Assembly: GCA_964630525.1 (NCBI GenBank)
Contig: CAZVUY010000004.1
Coordinates: forward strand, 11,448-75,447
Reading direction: 5' to 3'
Source: an uncultured Candidatus Saccharibacteria bacterium
GTDB taxonomy: Bacteria > Patescibacteriota > Minisyncoccia > Phycocordibacterales > WO2-35-19
Length of the DNA stretch: 64,000 bases
Part shown: in pieces, positions 46,214 through 55,424 of the stretch
Numbering within the stretch: position 1 is the stretch's first letter
Layout of the letters: each line of letters opens with the position of its first letter
The notes under the pieces: model-generated
The model's database searches: none
Told to the model about the DNA's origin: nothing
What the model saw: only the letters and a program-made list of their open reading frames with translations
Translations under genes and position numbers: made by a program

Positions 46214-46999
46214 TTAGAACATAAAAATAATTACCCCAGCGAGGAGGAGGCGGTAGATGATGAAAGGAGTAAATGAGTGGTGGGAGAGGTATTTAATTAA
46301 AAATTTGACTGACCAAATGCCAGAGACGAGGGCGGCAGCGAAAGCAACAAATAATTGAATATTTAGAAATTGACTAGTCAATAAATCAGTACTGCCGATA
46401 TCGAGCAAAACTTTTAATAAAGCGCCGAGTGAAATGGGAATTAGAAGAAGGAAAGAAAATCTAATCGCCTCTTCTCTCGAAAGTCCGGAGAGGATACCGC
46501 CGGAAATGGAAATACCAGAACGAGAGATACCTGGGATGAGGGCCAAGGTTTGAAAGAGACCCACCACCAATCCTCTCCCAACATTCAGACCATTTTTCCT
46601 TTGCCATCGATCGGCCGCGAACATCACAATACTGCCAAAGATAAGACTCAGAGCGACCACCTTGCCGCCCCGCAAAGCATTTTCGATAATGTCTCCATAC
46701 AGGAAGCCGACTAGCCCAGCAGGAATGGTACCGACAATAAGGGCACAGATCAGGGTTTTGTTTCTACTAGAAAACCCATTGCTCAAGAGGTCTCTTAGGA
46801 TTGATTTTAATTCACCAAAGAAACAGAAAATAACGGCGAGCAAGGTGGCGGTGTTTAGAAAAATATCGAAAGCCAAACTGCCCTCAAGAGGAATATTTAA
46901 AAATTCTCTAAACAAAATCAGGTGGCCAGAAGAAGAGACAGGCAAAAATTCGGTTAGTCCTTGGATAAGGCCGAGCAAAACAGATTCAAGTATGTTCAT
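46214..46999 (-). CDS. uppP: Undecaprenyl-diphosphatase
   Basis: LLGLIQGLTEFLPVSSSGHLIL is the UppP/BacA signature; 8 TMs. Confidence 0.9.
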   Translation of the reverse strand: MNILESVLLGLIQGLTEFLPVSSSGHLILFREFLNIPLEGSLAFDIFLNTATLLAVIFCFFGELKSILRDLLSNGFSSRNKTLICALIVGTIPAGLVGFLYGDIIENALRGGKVVALSLIFGSIVMFAADRWQRKNGLNVGRGLVVGLFQTLALIPGISRSGISISGGILSGLSREEAIRFSFLLLIPISLGALLKVLLDIGSTDLLTSQFLNIQLFVAFAAALVSGIWSVKFLIKYLSHHSFTPFIIYRLLLAGVIIFMF

Positions 47000-47052
47000 T
47001 TTAATTTATGTTTAGAGTTTGTATAAATAGCTTCTTTCGCTTTGCACGGATA

Positions 47053-47103
47053 TTTTTCTGCTGAAAAATTCCTCGTGCTCGCTTCAGTCAAGCCTCGCAA
47101 GGC
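47053..47103. repeat. Right copy of the ~50-bp inverted repeat pair
   Basis: tttttctgctgaaaaattcctcgtgctcgcttcagtcaagcctcgcaaggc is the reverse complement of 45401-45450. Confidence 0.85.
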
Positions 47104-47154
47104 ACGCTCAAGAACTATTTATACAAACATTACTTTTTTGTTATAATTACCACC

Positions 47155-47877
47155 ATGAATGATACCGTATCCAAATCAGAAAAACTAATGTTGCCAGTGT
47201 CGATCATCATCGCCGGCCTTTTGATCGGTGGCGGGGTCTACTTGAATGGTCGCTTGGCTAAAGACGCTCCTTCCCCAGCTAGCAACCAGCAGGCTATCTC
47301 TACTGATTTGGCTGGTACGCTCCGCGAGATCGATGCCAATGATCATGTACTTGGCAGTGCCGACGCGCGGGTGATCATCGTCGAATATTCTGATACCGAG
47401 TGTCCGTTTTGCAAAATTTTCCATTCCGCCATGCTCTCGATCATGCAAGACTATGGCAAAGACGGCCAAGTGGCTTGGGTTTATCGCCACTTCCCAATGG
47501 TTGATATTCATTCCCGCGCTTTCAAAGAAGCCGAAGCGCTAGAGTGCGCGGGCGAGCTCGGGGGCAACAGCAAGTTTTGGGAGTACACCAACAAAGTCTA
47601 CGAAGTCACCCCTTCCAACAACGAGCTTGATCCGGCCGAACTTATAAATATTGCGACAAGTGTCGGCCTCTCCTCGACCGCCTTTAAAAATTGTTTGGAC
47701 AGCGGGCAATATGCACCCCGGGTCAATGCTGATATTGAAAACGCTCGAGAAATCGGCGCCGAAGGCACTCCATACAGCATCCTGATCGACACTAAAACCG
47801 GCGACCACTACCCTCTCGAAGGCGCTTATCCTTACGCCCAACTAAAGCAGGTGATTGACCTTATTCTTCAGAGCTAG
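47155..47877 (+). CDS. DsbA-like thiol:disulfide oxidoreductase (membrane-anchored)
   Basis: N-terminal TM and a thioredoxin-fold CPFC active site (SDTECPFCKIFH). Confidence 0.8.
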   Translation: MNDTVSKSEKLMLPVSIIIAGLLIGGGVYLNGRLAKDAPSPASNQQAISTDLAGTLREIDANDHVLGSADARVIIVEYSDTECPFCKIFHSAMLSIMQDYGKDGQVAWVYRHFPMVDIHSRAFKEAEALECAGELGGNSKFWEYTNKVYEVTPSNNELDPAELINIATSVGLSSTAFKNCLDSGQYAPRVNADIENAREIGAEGTPYSILIDTKTGDHYPLEGAYPYAQLKQVIDLILQS

Positions 47878-47996
47878 GTTGACTAAAATCGTAAAATGTA
47901 GTTCCATATAAATGTCAGAAAGCTAAGGTTTTCTGGCTACTCGTAAACTATGCCCTAAGGGGGAGTCCAAGAGTAATTCTTTGACAGGAGAAAAGT

Positions 47997-48929
47997 ATGG
48001 AAATGGAAATGGCAGTATTTGTGGTCTGGATTTTGGTGGGTGTGGTGTTTGTCGCCACACTTGGTTTGTGGGTCGCTCTTGGGCTTACGAATCGCTACCG
48101 CAAAATCCCTCATTTCTTTTGGAACCAGGTTGGGAGCCAGATTGCATTCTGTGCAACCAGCGACTTCTATGTCGCCAAAAAGAAAGGCCATCCGGTTCAA
48201 ACTCCGGGTGGGAGAGATGTGGTTGTTGTGAACGAAACCTTTAGTTTTCATTCGGGTTGCGTCGACTCAAATAGGAAGTGCGAATGGTTTTATCCACGCG
48301 CTTTTCAGCCTGAACTTTTTGTTCCGTTCGCGTCACATTCAATCAATCTTCCGGAAGAGATTAATTTTTTGCATCAAAAATATTTGGACCAGGGGTGGAT
48401 AAGAAAAAAACAAGAACAAAACAAATCTCATTTTTTCCGGATGAGGTTTGCTGAAGAACAATATAGGATCAGCGAGTGGTTGTTGTGGTGTTTGACAATC
48501 CTTTTCGTCCTCCTGGTATTCGCTTTTCTGGGCCAGTCTCACTTAAACGGAATATCTAATAATGAAAGGATTGTGTCAGTATACCTTACTGACGACAATG
48601 GCGAGGTGTATGAGGTCAGCTCGAAGAGGAAGGATGCTCACAAGCTTCTTGTCCTTGAATCGCCCAACCGAACTCTTTTCAAGGGAACGGTCCAGTCGGC
48701 GCAAACTCTAAGCAGTAACATGCATAGAGCCTGTGTTGTCTCAAAAAATCAATCTACTCTTTGTGGGTTTGTTGCGCCCTCCTTGGTTCCACAGAAGGGT
48801 GATACGGTTTACTTGAGAGTTGCGGAATTCATGCATTCTCTCGGTAAACCGAGAATATTTGGGGTGTGGGTAGTCCCGGATAAGGATGCCCAAAATCTCA
48901 TCAGATCCGGTTTTGCTGTTGAGGAGTGA
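47997..48929 (+). CDS. Hypothetical membrane protein (2 TM)
   Basis: 310-aa ORF with RBS AGGAGAAAAG and TM segments at the N-terminus and ~165-185. Followed by a classic intrinsic terminator. Confidence 0.4.
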   Translation: MEMEMAVFVVWILVGVVFVATLGLWVALGLTNRYRKIPHFFWNQVGSQIAFCATSDFYVAKKKGHPVQTPGGRDVVVVNETFSFHSGCVDSNRKCEWFYPRAFQPELFVPFASHSINLPEEINFLHQKYLDQGWIRKKQEQNKSHFFRMRFAEEQYRISEWLLWCLTILFVLLVFAFLGQSHLNGISNNERIVSVYLTDDNGEVYEVSSKRKDAHKLLVLESPNRTLFKGTVQSAQTLSSNMHRACVVSKNQSTLCGFVAPSLVPQKGDTVYLRVAEFMHSLGKPRIFGVWVVPDKDAQNLIRSGFAVEE

Positions 48930-48942
48930 GAGTTTGTTGGTG

Positions 48943-48980
48943 GCGAGCTTGGACTGGTTGTCTGGCTCGCCTTTTTATTT
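48943..48980 (+). terminator. Intrinsic terminator GGCGAGC-loop-GCTCGCC, then TTTTTATTT
   Basis: 7-bp GC stem plus a T-run directly after the stop of the 47997 gene. Confidence 0.7.
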
Positions 48981-48988
48981 GGTTTTAT

Positions 48989-51934
48989 CTAATACTTACA
49001 ATACTTACAATCAGGATCCTCACATTTTTGGGAGAGGAGCTGGCCAGACCAGACGGTATCGATGAGGAGGGTGATCTGATCTTCGACTGATCTAATGTCA
49101 GCCTCTTCGATTGGTAGAGAGATGGTCGGGCAGCGACCCTTCTCATCAGGTCTCACGAAAACCAAAGCCGGCTCGATCGTTTTGCTTTTATATTTTTCTT
49201 TATCTTTGAGTAGCATTTTATAAAAAACCAATTGTCGGAAATAGTCGCCATTTTCGTTCAAGGTTCCCGCCCGCAACGCTCTCGCTTGCGAGGCGGGCGG
49301 GTCCCCTTTGATGGCATTTACACTCATCGCTTTTTTGGTTTTGTAATCATAAATCAAGATATTTTTTTCTTGTTCTATTACTGTATCTAGTTTGCCATGT
49401 ATACGAAATGTAATTTTTTCTTTTCCATAAGTATGGACCATCTCTTTCTCTTGCCACTCTTCAGTGAGTACTCGGCCGGGCTGATTGAAGTGAGGCACAA
49501 GTTCGCTTGCTACTTTAGGCGCATCTTCCAACAGCTCTTTGAGGATAGTTTCTTTTTCAAATTTGAATAATAAAGATTTTTCCAAATAATTTCTGATTGC
49601 CGTTTCTATAGTGTGCTTTATTTCAACCTCACTTTTGTTTTGATGCTGCCAGACTTGGCGCATCGCTTCGTGCATGGCATTGCCTTTTTCGGAAGTTGGG
49701 TTTGGTGCCTCGGGCAGTTTCAGAATGCTTTTGTAGAAAAATTTGTTTGGGCATTCTAGAAAATGGTTGAGCGCGGTGACAGACAGCCCTTTTTCTAGAA
49801 TCACACTTTTGGCAAACTCTATTTTCTCGGTATCCAGCCTGTTTTTTAGAGTCTGCAAGCTCTTTGGTTCCGCTTCTTTTGTTTTTGGTTCTGGGGTTTG
49901 TACTGACAATTTGTTCACTCCTAACTCATCGATAAAACGCAATGGAGTCGTGGTTTTGCCCGCGGAGCTTTCGAGATGGTAGCTTATGGTTACCGCCTTT
50001 TTGGCTCGAGTCAGGGCTACATAAAAGAGTCTTCGGTCGTCTCTAATATCGTCCTCATTTTCTTTTTCTCGCGGTAGGACGAAGGTGCCACTGCGGTCTC
50101 TTTTGATCCAACTCTCCTCCAGAGCATAAGGCAAGAATACATAGTCGAACTCCAATCCTTTGGAGCCGTGAGCAGTCATAATATGAATCTGAGCCCCATT
50201 TTTACCGGCTTTTATTTTGACAGAGCGCCTCTCGGCTGTTTTTTTGTAAGAGAGCAAGGCTTCGATCAAGCTCTTCGGACTCTCTATACCTTGCGAGCGG
50301 GCTATTTCTTCACTTAAATTCAAAATGGCTCGCCAGACCGCACTACCGAGCGTCGTCATTTGAGCGATCTCTGTAAAACCAGAGACTTGGGCTGCATAGA
50401 CAAGGTACTCAATGACACCAGAGTGGTTGATCACTTTTTGTAGTTCTTCGATTTGCGGTAGCTGGGAAAATATTTCCTGAGTTTTGTGGGAGCGAGCGAG
50501 AGCAATAAGCTTGGTTTGATCAGCAAAAGAGAGTTGCCAGAGCCCCCGGGCAAAGGTATCGGCCAAACTCTCTATCTTGCTTGGGTCAGCCAAAAAATCT
50601 ATCAGTGCAAAATACATTTGACCTATCGGATGCTCAAAAATGTTAGCCCCTTTTTCGGCTTGGGCAGGAATGCCGTTCTCTTCGAGGGTGGTGAGAAGTC
50701 TCTCGACATCGCTATTGCGGCGGACAATGATGGCGATTGTGCTTTCTGGATCTTCTTCTTTAATATTTTTTAATTTTTCTACCAATACGATCTCCTCGGT
50801 GGTCTGGTCGGGACAGATGGAGAGTTCGATCGGTTCGGGCTTCAACTTGCTTTTGGCGAGCAGTTTGACTCTCAAATCCTCATGCTCCCCCTCCTTATAA
50901 TTTTTTTCAATCATTTGGAAAGCAGTGTCCAGGATATCTTGATGAGAGCGATAATTTTCTTCTAGTGGAATAATTTTCATATTGCCCCAGGTTTTTTGGA
51001 AGCCTAGGAAATTTTCGACCGAAGCACCCTGAAAGCGATAAATGGCCTGCTTTTCATCTCCCACTACAAACAGGTTGGGGCTTTCAAAAAAATTGGCGAT
51101 CAGTTTGACGATCAGGTTTTGGGTATCATTGGTGTCTTGGTGCTCGTCGACCATGAGGTAAAGGTATTTTTCTTGCAAACTACGGAGCAACACCTCATCG
51201 GCCCGGAGTGCCTGAAGCAATTCGAAAAGCATGTCATCAAAATCGATCTTTCTCTCCTCCTTCTTTATTTTTTCGTATTCTTCGTAAACTTGAGCGAAGA
51301 GAATTGTTCTTTCACATTTTTCAATGCGTTTCAAAGCTTCTCCTTTTAGTTCTCCTTTGGTTTTGCCACGGGTGGAGAGACTACTCTCACCGTTCTTGAT
51401 TCTCTCGGTTTCTTCTCTGGCGAAGCTTGCTACCATCTCTGGTGTCCAAGCCTCTCTTTTGCAATCGCTCACCGTGCCGATAATTTTGCCTACATAGTAT
51501 TCTGGGTCGCCGCTTGGTCGCAATTTGGCAAACTGAGGTTGTTTTAAAATTTTTCTAATCAGATTTTCGGCCTCAACTTCTGTTAGCTCTTTCGACCGAG
51601 CGAGATGTGGGAAATGATCTTCAAATTCTCGGATCACTGACATGGCAAATCCGTGGAAGGTGTGGATCGGTATTTCGAGCGCTCGCTCACCTATTATTGT
51701 TCGAAGCTTGGCTCGCATGGCTCTTACTCCTGCATCAGTGAAAGTGAGAGCCAAGATGCCGGAAGGTGGTGTGTCGGTTAAACGCAAAATATTGGCGATT
51801 CTGAGGGTTAAAATGGTGGTTTTGCCAGTCCCAGGGCCTGCTATCACCATCACCGGCCCCTCAATACTATCCACTGCCTCCTTTTGGGCTTTGTTTAGCT
51901 TTTTATATTCAATCTCAAAATCTTTGGTCTCCAT
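48989..51934 (-). CDS. UvrD/PcrA/AddA-family helicase with C-terminal PD-(D/E)xK nuclease and Cys cluster
   Basis: N-terminal AVDSIEGPVMVIAGPGTGKTT (Walker A) and UvrD motifs throughout. The C-terminal IYDYKTKK nuclease-like motif and terminal CEDPDCKYCKY resemble AddA/AddB-type nuclease and Fe-S tails. Confidence 0.8.
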   Translation of the reverse strand: METKDFEIEYKKLNKAQKEAVDSIEGPVMVIAGPGTGKTTILTLRIANILRLTDTPPSGILALTFTDAGVRAMRAKLRTIIGERALEIPIHTFHGFAMSVIREFEDHFPHLARSKELTEVEAENLIRKILKQPQFAKLRPSGDPEYYVGKIIGTVSDCKREAWTPEMVASFAREETERIKNGESSLSTRGKTKGELKGEALKRIEKCERTILFAQVYEEYEKIKKEERKIDFDDMLFELLQALRADEVLLRSLQEKYLYLMVDEHQDTNDTQNLIVKLIANFFESPNLFVVGDEKQAIYRFQGASVENFLGFQKTWGNMKIIPLEENYRSHQDILDTAFQMIEKNYKEGEHEDLRVKLLAKSKLKPEPIELSICPDQTTEEIVLVEKLKNIKEEDPESTIAIIVRRNSDVERLLTTLEENGIPAQAEKGANIFEHPIGQMYFALIDFLADPSKIESLADTFARGLWQLSFADQTKLIALARSHKTQEIFSQLPQIEELQKVINHSGVIEYLVYAAQVSGFTEIAQMTTLGSAVWRAILNLSEEIARSQGIESPKSLIEALLSYKKTAERRSVKIKAGKNGAQIHIMTAHGSKGLEFDYVFLPYALEESWIKRDRSGTFVLPREKENEDDIRDDRRLFYVALTRAKKAVTISYHLESSAGKTTTPLRFIDELGVNKLSVQTPEPKTKEAEPKSLQTLKNRLDTEKIEFAKSVILEKGLSVTALNHFLECPNKFFYKSILKLPEAPNPTSEKGNAMHEAMRQVWQHQNKSEVEIKHTIETAIRNYLEKSLLFKFEKETILKELLEDAPKVASELVPHFNQPGRVLTEEWQEKEMVHTYGKEKITFRIHGKLDTVIEQEKNILIYDYKTKKAMSVNAIKGDPPASQARALRAGTLNENGDYFRQLVFYKMLLKDKEKYKSKTIEPALVFVRPDEKGRCPTISLPIEEADIRSVEDQITLLIDTVWSGQLLSQKCEDPDCKYCKY

Positions 51935-51982
51935 GTGGGGATTATAACAGAAAAACTCCCACCTTTTTGGCGGGAGTTTTTC

Positions 51983-53215
51983 TTACATATAATGCTGTAA
52001 TCGTTTTGTTTTTTCGTGTTGGCGCATTTTTTCGAGTGCTTTGGCTTCGATCTGGCGGATACGTTCTCGGGTGACACCAAATTCTTTACCCACATCTTCG
52101 AGGGTGTGGTAAACACCATCGATGAGCCCATTTCTCATCTCAATAATTTTCTTTTCTTTCGGCGGCAGGTCGGCCAAGATTTCCTGGAGTTGATCTTTGA
52201 TAATCCGATGGTTGGCTTCCTGATCAGGGGCGAGGATTTTGTCATCGGCCAAGAAGTCGCCGAGGGTTGATTTGTCCTCTTCATCACCGACTGGAGTTTC
52301 GAGCGAGAAGGTGCCCTGGTCAATCTTTTCGATCATATAAATTTTTTCCGGTTCGATACCCATCTCGATGGCGATCTCCTCTGGTAGCGGGTCCCTTCCC
52401 AAATCCTGCAAAAGTCTGCGAACTACTTGTTTGTATTTGGCGATCGTCTCCACCATATGCACTGGTACTCGGATGGTGCGTGATTGGTCGGCTAGAGCGC
52501 GAGTGATCGCTTGGCGGATCCACCAAGTGGCGTAGGTCGAAAATTTGTAACCCTTGGTGTAGTCGAATTTGTCTACCGCTTTGAAAAGCCCAAGGTTGCC
52601 TTCTTGGATCAGGTCCAGTAAAGTGAGGTCAGCGCTGCGGTTGGCGTATTTCTTGGCGATCGAGACCACTAATCGCAGGTTGGCTTTGGCCAAGATGTTG
52701 CGAGCGCCAGCGTCGCCGGCGACGATTCTTTTGGCCAACTCTTTTTCCTGGGCACCAGAGATCAGTTGATGGCGACCGATCTCTTTGAGGTACATCTGGA
52801 TTGAATCATAAGAGGCATCGTCTTTGAAATAATCTTTTTCTTTGCCCAATGAGTCTTCAAGTAGCTTGCCGCTTTCTAAAACGTCGATTCCTTCAGTGGC
52901 GCATTCCTCGTACATTTTTTCTAAAAGTTCCACATCGTTTTCAATCTGTGGGAATTCTTTGAGGATCTCATCGAAGGTGATGAAGCCTCTTTCTTTGCCT
53001 TTGGCGATCAGTCTCGCCTGCTTGGCAAGTGCTTCGGAAGCAGGTTTGGCTACTACTTTTTTGGTAGCTGCTTTTTTGATTTTGGCAACAGGTTTTTTTG
53101 TTTTGGTTTTTGTTTTTTGAATCTTAGCCTTTTTTAGTCGGGCTGCTTTAATTTTTTTATAAACTTCTTTTTTGTTGCCGCCACTCTTTTTTGTTTTTTT
53201 AGTTTTTTTGACCAT
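51983..53215 (-). CDS. rpoD: RNA polymerase sigma factor RpoD (sigma-70), Lys-rich N-terminus
   Basis: Region 2.4 [13 protein letters not shown], region 4 HTH ([23 protein letters not shown]). Confidence 0.95.
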   Translation of the reverse strand: MVKKTKKTKKSGGNKKEVYKKIKAARLKKAKIQKTKTKTKKPVAKIKKAATKKVVAKPASEALAKQARLIAKGKERGFITFDEILKEFPQIENDVELLEKMYEECATEGIDVLESGKLLEDSLGKEKDYFKDDASYDSIQMYLKEIGRHQLISGAQEKELAKRIVAGDAGARNILAKANLRLVVSIAKKYANRSADLTLLDLIQEGNLGLFKAVDKFDYTKGYKFSTYATWWIRQAITRALADQSRTIRVPVHMVETIAKYKQVVRRLLQDLGRDPLPEEIAIEMGIEPEKIYMIEKIDQGTFSLETPVGDEEDKSTLGDFLADDKILAPDQEANHRIIKDQLQEILADLPPKEKKIIEMRNGLIDGVYHTLEDVGKEFGVTRERIRQIEAKALEKMRQHEKTKRLQHYM

Positions 53216-53258
53216 CTTTTTATTTAAAATTGATAATTGGCTTGTTGATAATTGTTAC

Positions 53259-54953
53259 TTAAATTTTGATTTCATAATCCCTAATCCGTTTTTGTATTTT
53301 TTCAAACTCTGTTCGCACCTCCTTTTCTCTAGTTGCCGAGATGTCCGGATCATCCAAAATAGACGCGGTTTTTTGCAACTCTTTTTTCAGAGTTTGGAGC
53401 TCAATCCTTTTTAATAAGATCGACCAAGTTTTTTCTGTACCGTCCTCTTTGTCATCTTTTGAGCTGTGTTGTTCGGCTAGAAAACTGAGAGCTTCTTTTT
53501 CATCCTGATAAGAGAGTAGTATTTCATCAACCTCTGCTTGACCGGCTATCTTTTGCCACTCTTTTCTGGTGTGACTCTCCTTTTTTCCGCCCCGGCTTTC
53601 TTCTAGGAAAACGAAACCAGCCATCAAGCGCTCAAGATTTGGTATTGGTAATCCGACATCCTTTACTATCTCGCCAGTCTTTTCAGCCTCTTTTATTTTG
53701 GCGACATCCTTCCAGACTGTTTCGGTGCTAACTCCCAGTTTGGCGGCTACTTTGTTTACAAACTGAGCCTTCTCGATATCGCTCTTGATAAAACTGATGA
53801 GGGGTAGCACGTTTTCCAAAATATCTCTGGTCACTTTTCTGCCCTGCCCTATTCCGGAATTGTTGATCATGAAGTCGATGAAGTGTACTGAGTTTCGTAA
53901 AGATTGTTTCCAAAGTTCAGGATTTTTTTTGACAGTTGAGGCCGGATCTTCGCCAGGTTCGAGAGAAGCGATCTTTGCCTCCATGCCTAGTGAAAGGGCG
54001 AGTTCGGCTGCGCGTCTGGCCGCTTTTTCTCCCGCCGAGTCAGAATCGTAGGCGATGATAATCCGATTCGATAATTTCTGAATCTTTTGGATATGAAGCG
54101 GTGAAAGAGCGGTTCCGGAGGAAGCGACGGTGTTTTGGACTCCTGCCTGGTGAGACATGACCAGATCCATCTGGCCTTCTACTAGGACCGCGTAATCCGC
54201 TTTTCGGATATTGGTCTTGGCTAGGTGAAGGCCGTAGAGTGTCTCTGATTTGTGGAAGAGTTTGGTTTCTGGCGAATTCAGATATTTCGGTATTTTGGGG
54301 TCATCCTTTAGGGTGCGGCCCGAGAAGGCAACTGTCCGGCCAGCACTGTCACAGAGTGGAAACATTATCCTGTCTCTAAAGGTATCATAATATTTACTCT
54401 CATTTTCAACTTTTTTAATCAAGCCGGTGGCCAACATCTCTTCTCTACTAAACCCCTTGCCTTCCAGATGGTCGTGCAGATTGCGCCAACCTTCTTTGGC
54501 GAAACCCAAATGCCATTTTTTAAACGAATCCTCGTTTAAACCTCGACGCCGCAAGTATTCTTGTATTTTTTGGTTTCCATCTAACATTTGGCTGAAATAA
54601 TCAGCCGCCTGGTCCATTATCTCAAAGAGCCTATCTTTCTCGCCATCTTCCCTGGCATCTTTTTTGGCATATTTTATTTCGACGCCAGCTCTTTTGGCTA
54701 AAGATTCGAGAGCCCCTTTAAAATCAAGACCTTCGAATTTTTCTACAAAAGAGAAGATGTCTCCTTTTTCACCGCAACCAAAACAGTAGAAAGATTGTCT
54801 CGTTGGTGAGATGAAGAAGGAGGGAGTTTTTTCGTTGTGGAAAGGGCACCGGGCTTTGTAGTTGATACCAGCTTTTTCTACTTTCACATAGGAACCAATA
54901 ACATCTACGATGTCTAGTTTTTCCTTTATTTGTCCAATATTGGAGGAAGTCAT
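53259..54953 (-). CDS. dnaG: DNA primase
   Basis: Zn ribbon CPFHNEKTPSFFISPTRQSFYCFGCGEKGD and TOPRIM EGQMD. Confidence 0.95.
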   Translation of the reverse strand: MTSSNIGQIKEKLDIVDVIGSYVKVEKAGINYKARCPFHNEKTPSFFISPTRQSFYCFGCGEKGDIFSFVEKFEGLDFKGALESLAKRAGVEIKYAKKDAREDGEKDRLFEIMDQAADYFSQMLDGNQKIQEYLRRRGLNEDSFKKWHLGFAKEGWRNLHDHLEGKGFSREEMLATGLIKKVENESKYYDTFRDRIMFPLCDSAGRTVAFSGRTLKDDPKIPKYLNSPETKLFHKSETLYGLHLAKTNIRKADYAVLVEGQMDLVMSHQAGVQNTVASSGTALSPLHIQKIQKLSNRIIIAYDSDSAGEKAARRAAELALSLGMEAKIASLEPGEDPASTVKKNPELWKQSLRNSVHFIDFMINNSGIGQGRKVTRDILENVLPLISFIKSDIEKAQFVNKVAAKLGVSTETVWKDVAKIKEAEKTGEIVKDVGLPIPNLERLMAGFVFLEESRGGKKESHTRKEWQKIAGQAEVDEILLSYQDEKEALSFLAEQHSSKDDKEDGTEKTWSILLKRIELQTLKKELQKTASILDDPDISATREKEVRTEFEKIQKRIRDYEIKI

Positions 54954-54998
54954 GGAAAGATTTAAAGATGAAAAGAAGTAAAGATTGGGAGTAATGCT

Positions 54999-55376
54999 TT
55001 ACTTTTTATTACTGGTAGAGATTAAGAATTTTCGGAAGTTTGATAATTGGGCTGAGATATTTTCGATCTTCGAGCACAATTCTATGAACTCTTCCTTGTT
55101 TATGTATTCATTATCTTCCAGGAGGTGAAGTATCGATCTGACTTCACCCGCCGATCCTTTGGCGATATTCAGGAAATTGGCGAATTCTTTGTTTGATCCC
55201 CTTTCAAACCCTTCAGCGATATTTAGCATTATGGAGTAAGAGGCACGTTTCAGTTGGTCTACAAGAGAGAAATCTTTTTGTAATTTCTGATGCGTGTAGA
55301 TAATGTTATAAATTCTGTTTACGAATTCCTTCGACTCATTCCATACTTTGATTTCTTCAAATCTTTTGTACTGCAT
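54999..55376 (-). CDS. Four-helix-bundle protein (23S rRNA intervening-sequence protein family)
   Basis: 125 aa. EEIKVWNESKEFVNRIYNI..SLVDQLKRASYSIMLNIAEG...AKGSAGEVRS matches the TIGR02436-type four-helix-bundle pattern. AT-rich insert between dnaG and rpoC. Confidence 0.65.
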   Translation of the reverse strand: MQYKRFEEIKVWNESKEFVNRIYNIIYTHQKLQKDFSLVDQLKRASYSIMLNIAEGFERGSNKEFANFLNIAKGSAGEVRSILHLLEDNEYINKEEFIELCSKIENISAQLSNFRKFLISTSNKK

Positions 55377-55424
55377 GAGCGTGTTTTTTTAATCTTTCCT
55401 TCTTTCCATTTTTGCTTCTTTTAA

